Shown here piece by piece: positions 9,777 through 18,262 of a stretch of 64,000 bases of DNA. A model generated the notes under the pieces. It was not told the origin of the DNA. It made no database searches and saw only the letters and a list, made by a program, of their open reading frames with translations. The position numbers were made by a program, and so were the translations under genes. The stretch is from positions 224,001 to 288,000 of the forward strand of contig CAXXWQ010000004.1 of NCBI GenBank assembly GCA_963674945.2, written 5' to 3'. The stretch comes from an uncultured Desulfosarcina sp. (GTDB taxonomy: Bacteria > Desulfobacterota > Desulfobacteria > Desulfobacterales > Desulfosarcinaceae). The first letter of the stretch is position 1, and every line of letters starts with the position of its first letter.

Positions 9777-10478
9777 TCAGACCCCGCGACATCCGGTCAA
9801 ACGGGCATGCTTTCGGCTGCCCGGATATTGCCGACAGATGGTAGGCCGCAAGTCATGGATGGTGCAAATGAAGCGATTCTGATCGGCATCTCTCTTCAGC
9901 CATGGGCAGCCTTCGGCAAAACGGTTGGTTCCGGGCACCATCCAGATGCGGCATGCGACGACGCGTCCATGTTCACGAACCGTTCCCACCCATTGGAGGA
10001 TATCGGTTCTCCCCAGTTCCCGCCACCACCGATAGTCATCCAGGGTGCATCCATCCCGATAATCCAGCGTTCGACAGCAATGGCCGCAGCGTTTACAAAT
10101 GAAATCAGCCATATCGGTATGAAACCAGACACCGGCAGGTGAATCGGGTGATTCGCCGCCCGTGACACAAACGTTGGTTCCGAACACCATCGTACAGATG
10201 CGGGCCAGGTCCTCCGGTGACGGGAAAGATCGTCGTAATTGGGCCACGATCCTCGCCTTCAGATCATCTGCGGTGCAGTGGACGAGTTTGTCTTTGCCGG
10301 AAATTTTTGCCCACGCCGATTGGTTGTGCTGATCTTGCTGAATGTAGGCATCTTTACCGAATACCATCGGCCAGATGGTTGACAGCAGATTGAACTGAAA
10401 CGGGTACTGGACAAATGCCATCCTGACGGATTCCAGCGCTTGTTCCACGGTGAGAAAGAGTCTTTTTTTTCCTGACAT
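9777..10478 (-). CDS. YkgJ/CxxCxxCC family Fe-S or Zn cluster protein with N-terminal extension
   Basis: CKRCGHCC...GCPWL...CTIHDLRPTICRQYP...GC; GGAGGAGG RBS. Confidence 0.82.
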   Translation of the reverse strand: MSGKKRLFLTVEQALESVRMAFVQYPFQFNLLSTIWPMVFGKDAYIQQDQHNQSAWAKISGKDKLVHCTADDLKARIVAQLRRSFPSPEDLARICTMVFGTNVCVTGGESPDSPAGVWFHTDMADFICKRCGHCCRTLDYRDGCTLDDYRWWRELGRTDILQWVGTVREHGRVVACRIWMVPGTNRFAEGCPWLKRDADQNRFICTIHDLRPTICRQYPGSRKHARLTGCRGV

Positions 10479-10812
10479 GTCACCCTCCTCCCTTGATCCA
10501 TTTATCGCTTCAATGAAATTTTATAATCAACAAAGGCACCAACGCCGGAAGACGATCTCAACAGTCTTAGATAAAAGATGGAACCCTGCGCAGACAAAAC
10601 CGCTATCGAAGATAATCCCGTAGTGTATCGAAAATAACTATTGACTTATGTCCTGATTTTAGAATAAGTTCCCCGAACTTTTATTGGCGTGTCCAAATTA
10701 TAATCCTCGAACCAATCCCCTGAAAAAGTAGCCTTTTTTATACCAAGACGCCGGGCTCCGATGGTGTAAGAGTGACGCTTGGCATCGATAAAACAGGCGT
10801 GGAAGGGAACCT

Positions 10813-12768
10813 ATGGATCTGTTTTTTCTGTCGATTCTGATCATCGTGGCAGGAGGTGCACTCTCCCTTTTGTCCCATCGGCAATTCACATTCATGAAAA
10901 TTTTTGCCGTTTTCGGTATCGGCGCCGGCAGTTGTCTCGGCATGCTCGATGCCATATCCAAGCTGATCCACGATGGCGTTTTCATAGCATCATACACCTA
11001 TCTCAACGCACTGTCGCTCTCTTTTCACATGGACGGCCTGTCTGCCTTTTTTCTGGTTGCCATTTTCGGGATTTGCCTGCTATCGGCCCTTTACAGCTTT
11101 CACTATATGGACAACCGGGAACAGACCCTTGGCACTGCCGTCAATTATTTTTTCTTCAGCCTCCTGGTCGCTTCCATGGCGCTGGTTGTGGTCGCCGACA
11201 ATATGATCTCTTTTCTTTTGGCATGGGAAATGATGTCCCTCTCCTCTTTTTTCCTGGTAATTCACGATCATCAACATGCGGATAACCGAAAAGCCGGCTA
11301 CCTGTACTTCATCTTTTCCCATGTAGGGGCCATGTTCATTATCGCTTCTTTCGGTGTCATATTCGGCTTCACGGGCAGTTTCGCGTTGGATGCCACCGGT
11401 CTTTCCCATGGGGCCAAAATAACGGCCTTCATCCTGGCATTCATCGGTTTCGGCTCAAAGGCCGGTGTATTTCCCTTCCATGTCTGGCTGCCCCATGCCC
11501 ATCCGGCGGCACCATCCCACATCAGTGCCGTCATGTCCGGCGTGATGATCAAGACAGGCATCTACGGCATCCTGCGCATGTACGGCATTCTGCAGCTTCA
11601 CACCCCCACCATCGGCACCATGATCCTGGTTTTCGGCGTGGCCTCCGGCATCCTGGGTGTGGTCTACGCCTTGGGACAGCATGATCTCAAACGACTGCTC
11701 GCCTACCACAGCGTCGAAAACATCGGCATCATTCTCATCGGCATCGGCATCGGCATGATCGGTGTGGAAGTAAAAAATCCCGTCATGGCCGTCTTCGGAT
11801 TTGGCGGTGGCCTGCTCCACGTGCTCAACCACGCCATTTTCAAGTCCCTGCTTTTCATGGGCGCCGGTGTGGTGCTGCACAAGACGGGAACGCGATCCAT
11901 CGATGCCCTTGGCGGACTGTTGAAGAACATGAAGATTACCGGCATCACCTTTCTCGTCGGCTCGCTTGCCATATCCGGACTGCCGCCCTTCAACGGCTTC
12001 GTCAGCGAATTTTTCATCTATGTGGGTAGTTTCAAGGGGATATCCGCCTCATCACCGGCATTTGTGACGAGTCTGTTGGCAATCGTCAGCCTGGCCATCA
12101 TCGGCGGATTGGCACTGGCCTGTTTTACCAAAGTCGTCGGCGTGGTCTTCCAGGGCGAACCGAGGAGCAAGGCGGCGCAAGATGTGGAGGAAAAAGGTTC
12201 CACCATGCTTATTCCCATGGTCATTCTCGCCGCCGCCTGCGGCATCATCGGGGTATTCCCCGGTGCCTTCATCTTCATGGTCCACAAAGGTGTTGCATCT
12301 TTAGGATTGGATTACGGGCGCATTCCCATGGAACCCTTTGCCCACGTTTCGGCCAACATCACATTGGGGGCGGCCCTTTTTCTTGCCGCGATGCTGCTGG
12401 TATCGGCCATACGAAAGATGGCCTACGCAACAAAACCGATCGGCAGCAGCGGAACCTGGGGTTGCGGCTTCACCCAGCCCACCACCCGGATGCAGTATAC
12501 CGGTTCTTCCTATGCCGCATCCATCCTGGACTTTTTTAAACCGGCGGCGCCACTGGAAGAGACCCATCCACCGGTAAAGGGCCTCTTTCCCGAGGCGACC
12601 CATTACCACAGCCATGTTCATGACATCGTCGAAAGAAACTTGGACGTTATGATCGTCAGGCCGGTGATGTGGCTGTTCGATAAATTGCGCTGGATTCAGC
12701 ATGGGGACATTCACCTTTATATCGGTTACATCCTTTTGGCCATCATCGTATTGCTCTTTTTCGTATGA
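10813..12768 (+). CDS. hyfB: Hydrogenase-4 component B-like antiporter subunit (NuoL/MrpD-like) of an Ehr complex
   Basis: Polytopic; WEMMSL, GSKAGVFPFHVWLPHAHPAAP, KRLLAYHSVEN, TWGCG, MQYTGSS. Confidence 0.9.
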   Translation: MDLFFLSILIIVAGGALSLLSHRQFTFMKIFAVFGIGAGSCLGMLDAISKLIHDGVFIASYTYLNALSLSFHMDGLSAFFLVAIFGICLLSALYSFHYMDNREQTLGTAVNYFFFSLLVASMALVVVADNMISFLLAWEMMSLSSFFLVIHDHQHADNRKAGYLYFIFSHVGAMFIIASFGVIFGFTGSFALDATGLSHGAKITAFILAFIGFGSKAGVFPFHVWLPHAHPAAPSHISAVMSGVMIKTGIYGILRMYGILQLHTPTIGTMILVFGVASGILGVVYALGQHDLKRLLAYHSVENIGIILIGIGIGMIGVEVKNPVMAVFGFGGGLLHVLNHAIFKSLLFMGAGVVLHKTGTRSIDALGGLLKNMKITGITFLVGSLAISGLPPFNGFVSEFFIYVGSFKGISASSPAFVTSLLAIVSLAIIGGLALACFTKVVGVVFQGEPRSKAAQDVEEKGSTMLIPMVILAAACGIIGVFPGAFIFMVHKGVASLGLDYGRIPMEPFAHVSANITLGAALFLAAMLLVSAIRKMAYATKPIGSSGTWGCGFTQPTTRMQYTGSSYAASILDFFKPAAPLEETHPPVKGLFPEATHYHSHVHDIVERNLDVMIVRPVMWLFDKLRWIQHGDIHLYIGYILLAIIVLLFFV

Positions 12769-12853
12769 TGCAACGAATGATCCCCTGCCATTGGGATGGA
12801 ACCTATCGGAGACCACATGATCGATTTTCTTCTCTTTGCCATAGGAAAAGCCA

Positions 12854-13774
12854 ATGATTGAATCCTTTTTGCTTTGGGTCTTCGCACTGTTGACGGCCCC
12901 CTTGTTCGCCGGGGTCATTTTCAAAGTGAAGGCGTTTTTCGGCGGCCGCAAAGGCTCTCCGCTGCTCATCAACTATTACACCCTGACCAAATTGACGAAA
13001 AAAGGTTCGGTCTACAGCAACAGCACCACCTTCGTTTTCAAGCTGGGCCCCATCGTCTCTTTAAGCGCTGCAGCCACGGTGCTCCTTTTCCTGCCCATCG
13101 CCGGCCACACACCGGTAATCTCCTTTGAGGGCGACGTCATCTTCATCCTCTACCTTCTGGGACTGGCCCGTTTTTTCACCATCGCCGCAGCCATGGATAC
13201 CGCTTCTCCCTTCGAAGGCATGGGAGCGGCCCGGGAGGCCTATTTTCCCATCATCTGTGAAGCCAGTATGTTCATGATTTTGATTCTCTTTTACCGCCTC
13301 ACCGGCGAATTGTGTCTGGCCAGTTACTTTTGCATGGAACAGCCCTTCGGATTCTGGCAAACGGCCGGGTCTCCCTTGCTGTTCGTCATCATCGCCTTCT
13401 TCATCATCCTTCTCACGGAAAATGCCCGGGTCCCCGTGGACGATCCGGCCACCCACCTGGAGCTGACCATGATCCATGAGGTCATGGTGTTGGATCATAG
13501 CGGACCGGATTTGGGTTTCATCGAGATGGGTGCCTTTCTCAAGATGTTTTTCTATTCAGCCATTGTCGCCCGATTGGTCCTTCCCTTCGAACTGGGCCAT
13601 CCGCTGCTGAATCTTGCCCTGTTCTCGGCTGGCGTGTCGATCGTATATGTGGCAGTAGGCGTCGTTGAATCGATAATGGCCCGATATCGTATGGACCGGG
13701 TTCCCAAATTCGTGCTCACCAGTTTTGCCCTTGCCTTTTTCGCAACCGTCATCACACTGGAGTTTTTGCAATGA
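12854..13774 (+). CDS. hyfC: Hydrogenase-4 component C-like (NuoH-like) membrane subunit
   Basis: GRKGSP, SPFEGMGAARE, ENARVPVDDPATHLELTMIHE. Confidence 0.9.
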   Translation: MIESFLLWVFALLTAPLFAGVIFKVKAFFGGRKGSPLLINYYTLTKLTKKGSVYSNSTTFVFKLGPIVSLSAAATVLLFLPIAGHTPVISFEGDVIFILYLLGLARFFTIAAAMDTASPFEGMGAAREAYFPIICEASMFMILILFYRLTGELCLASYFCMEQPFGFWQTAGSPLLFVIIAFFIILLTENARVPVDDPATHLELTMIHEVMVLDHSGPDLGFIEMGAFLKMFFYSAIVARLVLPFELGHPLLNLALFSAGVSIVYVAVGVVESIMARYRMDRVPKFVLTSFALAFFATVITLEFLQ

Positions 13775-14412
13775 TTCATCCGGTCGATACCATTTTATCC
13801 CTGGCACTTTTGTCGATTCTCTTCTCCTTTGGATCGAGCCGCCTTCCGAGCCTGATCAAAATGCTATCATTTCAAGGCATCGTGGTGTGCATCGTTCCCC
13901 TTTTCATCGGCCACGAAATGGGCACCGGCGGACTCGTCTTTACCATCGTCACAACGGCCATTCGCGGCATCATCATTCCCGGCTGCATCTTTTTGGCCAT
14001 CAAGCGGGTGGCCATCCAGCGGGAGGTTCAGCCCATCGTGGGATATCATGCCTCCATTTTTGCCGGCCTCTTGCTCATCGTCGGTGCGGCCTTTGCCAGC
14101 CACCATTTTGATGCGCCCTACAGCAGTGCGAGTTCCCTTTTATTGCCAACGGCGATCACGCTTTTGGGTGCCGGTATGTTTTTTCTCATGGCACGGCGCA
14201 ACGCCATCGCCATGGTCATCGGATACATCATGATGGAAAACGGCATCTACCTGGTGGGCACCACCTTTTCCATGCGTGCCCGTCTGATCGTGGAGTTCGG
14301 CATCCTTCTCGACGTGCTGGCCGGTGTCATGATTATGGCCATCATCCTGCAAAACATTGAACAGACCTTTGAAGATGTGGACACTGCCCGTCTGCGAACC
14401 CTAAAGGAATAG
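13771..14412 (+). CDS. hyfE: Hydrogenase-4 component E-like membrane subunit
   Basis: GYIMMENGI, EFGILLD; ATGA overlap with the previous gene. Confidence 0.88.
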   Translation: MIHPVDTILSLALLSILFSFGSSRLPSLIKMLSFQGIVVCIVPLFIGHEMGTGGLVFTIVTTAIRGIIIPGCIFLAIKRVAIQREVQPIVGYHASIFAGLLLIVGAAFASHHFDAPYSSASSLLLPTAITLLGAGMFFLMARRNAIAMVIGYIMMENGIYLVGTTFSMRARLIVEFGILLDVLAGVMIMAIILQNIEQTFEDVDTARLRTLKE

Positions 14413-14423
14413 GTGACCCATTC

Positions 14424-15845
14424 ATGCTTGAGATCGTATTTCTGCTACCACTGGTAACCGGCACGATTGCCTTTTTCCTTCCCAAGAATGCGGGAAGAGT
14501 GTTTCTGGTGCTCACCGGCGCCCTCCACCTGTTTCTCTCCGTAATGGTCTGGTCGGGCACACTGGCACCACGATTTCCCGAATATTTCGCCGTGACACCG
14601 GAAGGCCTGCTCTCCCTTCTGGTCATATCACTGCTCTTTTTCCTCATCTCTATTTATACCCTTGGCTACCTCAAGGCGTCAGATATTCAGTCGGAGCCCA
14701 TCTTCACCGGTTCCATGCTGCTGTTTTTGTCCACCATGACCATGGTCACCGTATCCGATCATATCATGGTCATGTGGATCGCCATCGAAGCAACGACCAT
14801 TGCCAGCGCACCGCTCATCTACACCCATCGATCAGCCCTGTCCCTGGAGGCCACCTGGAAGTATGTACTTATCTGCTCGGTGGGCATCGCCCTGGCTCTG
14901 TTGGGGTCGGTGCTGGTCACAGTGGCCATGGACGTTGGCAAGGTAGATGCGGCCATCTCCTTCTCCGCCCTCACGGAGGCAGCCCATCAACTGGATCCCA
15001 TGTGGCTCAAAGCCGGATTCGTCTTCATTCTCGTCGGCTACGGAACCAAGATGGGGCTGGCCCCCATGCACACCTGGCTGCCCGACGCACACAGCGAGGC
15101 ACCCAGCCCGGCATCCGCCCTTCTCTCCGGCGTACTGCTCAACTGCGCCTACCTGGGAATCTTCAAGACCAACAAGATCATGCACGCCGCGGGGCTTTCC
15201 GACTTTTCGGGCCCCATACTCATCGTGTTCGGCCTTGTTTCCATCATGGCGGCAGCCACCTTTATCCTCCGACAGACCGAATACAAACGGATGCTGGCTT
15301 ACTCCAGCATCGAAAACATGGGTATCATCGCTTTCGGCACCGGCATCGGAGGGCTGGGCGCCTTTGGGGCGATGATTTGTCTGATCCATCACAGTCTGAT
15401 CAAATCCAGCCTGTTTCTCACTTCGGGAAATATCCTATTGGGATTCGGCAGTCGGATGATCGATGAGACCGGCGCGCTGGCAAGGCGCATGCCGAAAACC
15501 TTCGTTGCCTTTTTCTCAGGCTTCGCCGCCGTTTCAGGATTTCCTCCTTTCGGTATTTTCATCGGCGAAGTGATGATCATCATCGGTGCCTTCAAGGCGG
15601 CACATCACGTGGGTGTTGCCTTGTTCATCCTTTCCATGTGCGTCATCTTCGCCGGGTTCGCCAATAACATCATGAAGATCTCCTTTCGCCCCATAGAAAT
15701 CTCAGTCGATTTGAATGAAACGACCGGCATGGTATGGCCCCAATACGCCCTGCTTCTCACGTCTCTGATCCTTTGTATCTGGATGCCGGACACCTTGTAC
15801 CAGACCATCGCACAAGCGGTGAACGCCATCGGTGGAGGAGTGTAA
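14424..15845 (+). CDS. hyfF: Hydrogenase-4 component F-like antiporter subunit
   Basis: WIAIEATT, EATWKY, GYGTKMGLAPMHTWLPDAHSEAP, KRMLAYSSIEN. Confidence 0.9.
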   Translation: MLEIVFLLPLVTGTIAFFLPKNAGRVFLVLTGALHLFLSVMVWSGTLAPRFPEYFAVTPEGLLSLLVISLLFFLISIYTLGYLKASDIQSEPIFTGSMLLFLSTMTMVTVSDHIMVMWIAIEATTIASAPLIYTHRSALSLEATWKYVLICSVGIALALLGSVLVTVAMDVGKVDAAISFSALTEAAHQLDPMWLKAGFVFILVGYGTKMGLAPMHTWLPDAHSEAPSPASALLSGVLLNCAYLGIFKTNKIMHAAGLSDFSGPILIVFGLVSIMAAATFILRQTEYKRMLAYSSIENMGIIAFGTGIGGLGAFGAMICLIHHSLIKSSLFLTSGNILLGFGSRMIDETGALARRMPKTFVAFFSGFAAVSGFPPFGIFIGEVMIIIGAFKAAHHVGVALFILSMCVIFAGFANNIMKISFRPIEISVDLNETTGMVWPQYALLLTSLILCIWMPDTLYQTIAQAVNAIGGGV

Positions 15846-17359
15846 TGACCATGAATTTCAAGACCATCGGAAACGGACAGGCGACTGCCCTGGACAGCAT
15901 CCCCCACCTTCCATTCGCGGATTTTTCCTCCCAGGCGTTGGATATCGTCGCCAACGGCGGCAAAATCGTCCAATTCTTCGCCTATGCGCGGGGAGAGACC
16001 GTTCGGTTGATGGCCGTATTGCGGACGGCCGATGAACTGCTGATTGCCGGCTGCGACGCCCCCGTGGCCTATCCGTCACTGACGGCGCGATGTGCCCCCT
16101 TTCATATGTTCGAACGGGAGATCGCCGAACAATACGGCATCCGGCCCGAAGGTCATCCGTGGCTCAAAATGGTTCGCTACCACCCCAACTGGCGTGGCGT
16201 CGACGATGTCTTCGGCAACGACTACGATGAAGATATTCCCGGCAGATATGACTACTATCAGGTTGCCGGCGAAGAGATCCACGAGGTGGCCGTGGGCCCG
16301 GTGCATGCCGGCGTCATCGAACCGGGGCATTTCCGGTTCAACTGTATCGGAGAACGGGTCCTCAACCTGGAAATCCAGTTGGGCTATCAACACCGCGGTG
16401 CGGAACAACTACTGGTGGCAGCGGATCCAAAACGGATTGCCTTCATCACGGAAAATATCGCCGGAGACACCTCCGTGGGTCATGGTCTGTGCCATAGCCA
16501 GGCAGTGGAAGCGCTTTCCGATACCGCCATCGACGAAGGTGCCAAAATCATCCGTACCATCGGTCTGGAGCTGGAACGTATCGCCAACCACGTGGGAGAT
16601 CTTGGTGCGTTGAGCGGCGACGTCGCCTTCCTCCCACCGGCCAACTACTGCGGCCGGATGCGCGGAGATTTTCTCAATATGTCCCTCTTGATTTGCGGGA
16701 ATCGGTTCGGAAAGGGATTGGTACGTCCAGGCGGTGTTCGGTTTCCCATCGACGAGGAGAACCGCCGCGATCTGAACGCCCGCATCGGCGAGCTCAAGCC
16801 CCAGGTGATTCACACGATCGACCTGCTGCTTTTATCCACGCCCAGCGTTCGTGCCCGTTTCGAAGGATGCGGCGCCGTCAGCCGAACCGATGCGGAGGAT
16901 CTGGGGCTGGTGGGGCCCGCCGGCCGTGCCTGTGGCATCGCCTACGACGTTCGGCGATGCTTTCCCACCGAACACTACGTCCGGATGGAAATTCCCGAGA
17001 ATGCCGAAACCACGGGAGACGTGTATGCACGGGCAAAGGTCAGGGCCGACGAGGTGATACAGTCTATGGACATTATTCAATCGCTTCTGTCAGCGCCCAT
17101 CACCACCAGAACCATCGATGGTGATCCCCTGCCCCTTTCGCCGGATTCCTTTGTTGTCACCGTCAACGAGGCGTGGCGGGGTGAATTGTCCCACTGTATC
17201 CTCACCGATGCAGACGGCGGAATCCTCCGGTACAAGGTCAAGGATCCGTCGTTTCACAATTGGAACGGTTTGTCCATGTCTCTGCGGAACACCGGTATTT
17301 CCGACTTTCCGCTGAACAACAAGAGCTACAACCTGTCTTATTGCGGCTTTGATCTTTAA
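15845..17359 (+). CDS. HyfG/HycE-like (NuoC+NuoD fused) large subunit lacking NiFe-binding CxxC motifs (Ehr large subunit)
   Basis: FEREIAEQYG, VGPVHAGVIEPGHFRF, GYQHRG, ELERIANH; ENIAGDTSVGH in place of RxCGxC; C-terminal NLSYCGFDL in place of DPCxxC; TAATG coupling to hyfF. Confidence 0.88.
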   Translation: MTMNFKTIGNGQATALDSIPHLPFADFSSQALDIVANGGKIVQFFAYARGETVRLMAVLRTADELLIAGCDAPVAYPSLTARCAPFHMFEREIAEQYGIRPEGHPWLKMVRYHPNWRGVDDVFGNDYDEDIPGRYDYYQVAGEEIHEVAVGPVHAGVIEPGHFRFNCIGERVLNLEIQLGYQHRGAEQLLVAADPKRIAFITENIAGDTSVGHGLCHSQAVEALSDTAIDEGAKIIRTIGLELERIANHVGDLGALSGDVAFLPPANYCGRMRGDFLNMSLLICGNRFGKGLVRPGGVRFPIDEENRRDLNARIGELKPQVIHTIDLLLLSTPSVRARFEGCGAVSRTDAEDLGLVGPAGRACGIAYDVRRCFPTEHYVRMEIPENAETTGDVYARAKVRADEVIQSMDIIQSLLSAPITTRTIDGDPLPLSPDSFVVTVNEAWRGELSHCILTDADGGILRYKVKDPSFHNWNGLSMSLRNTGISDFPLNNKSYNLSYCGFDL

Positions 17360-17376
17360 AAGAGAGCGATGTAACC

Positions 17377-18120
17377 ATGCTAAAGGTGCTGAAAAACCGA
17401 TTCGAACAGGGATGCAAGACATCCAGTTATCCGAAAGAAAAGGTTCAATTGTTGCCCCGATACCGGGGCAGGCCGGAAATCAATGCCGATGCGCCGAAGG
17501 ATGTCGTAAGGGCATGCGCCCGCACCTGCCCCCAGGATGCCATCGATCCTGTGAAAAAAACCATCGACATGGGGCGCTGTGTATTCTGCGGTACCTGCGA
17601 ACGGACCGGCAAGGACCAATTCGTCTCCTTCACCCAGGATTTCGCAACGGCTGTCGCCGAAAAGGGTCATCTGATAACCGATGGCACCATTCCGGATCTG
17701 GCTGCACACGCCCGTCAGCATTTCAAGAAGCTGTTCGGGCGTTCGCTTCAACTTCGCCAGGTATCGGCGGCCGGCTGCAATGCCTGTGAGGCGGATCTGA
17801 ATGTATTGGCAACGCCCTTTTTCGATCTGGCCCGGTTCGGCATCAACTTCGTGGCTTCCCCGCGCCACGCCGACGGTATCGTGGTGACCGGTCCCATCTC
17901 CCGCAACATGACGACCGCCCTTTTACAAACCTTTGCGGCGACACCCGCGCCACGGGTGGTCATCGCCGTGGGCAGTTGCACGATCTCCGGCGGCCCTTTT
18001 CGGGGAAGCAGCGAAATCACCGAGGGATTGGACACGCTATTGCCCGTCGATCTGTTTATCCCGGGCTGTCCCCCCCACCCCATGACGAATCTTCACGCAC
18101 TACTCAACTTTTTTAAATAG
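17377..18120 (+). CDS. Ferredoxin-like domain fused to HyfI/NuoB-like small subunit (Ehr small subunit)
   Basis: CARTCP and CVFCGTC; GCNACE, ASPRHAD, VGSC, PGCPP. Confidence 0.9.
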   Translation: MLKVLKNRFEQGCKTSSYPKEKVQLLPRYRGRPEINADAPKDVVRACARTCPQDAIDPVKKTIDMGRCVFCGTCERTGKDQFVSFTQDFATAVAEKGHLITDGTIPDLAAHARQHFKKLFGRSLQLRQVSAAGCNACEADLNVLATPFFDLARFGINFVASPRHADGIVVTGPISRNMTTALLQTFAATPAPRVVIAVGSCTISGGPFRGSSEITEGLDTLLPVDLFIPGCPPHPMTNLHALLNFFK

Positions 18121-18215
18121 TGGAGACAATTTCAAAACGCCCCCTCGGACTCAATATCGGCGTTGGGGTAAGCTGTCCAATCCTCGAAATACTACATTTC
18201 AAATAGTAGGAAATA

Positions 18216-18262
18216 ATAAAATGAAGGAGGCCTGTCCAAAGGACAGGCCTCCTTCATTTTAT
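18216..18262. terminator. Perfect 22-bp hairpin, probable bidirectional terminator between convergent operons
   Basis: ATAAAATGAAGGAGGCCTGTCC-AAA-GGACAGGCCTCCTTCATTTTAT; overlaps the stop codon at 18259-18261. Confidence 0.85.

Noticed and set aside
10570..10625. Loose resemblance to a fluoride riboswitch (GATGG...AAACCGC...GATAAT) upstream of the hyf-like operon
   Set aside because: The P1 stem and pseudoknot pairing cannot be formed; an Infernal search would be needed.
15734..15844. Longer N-terminus of the large subunit given in the ORF track
   Set aside because: It overlaps hyfF; a GGAGGA RBS and TAATG coupling favour a start at 15845 or 15851.
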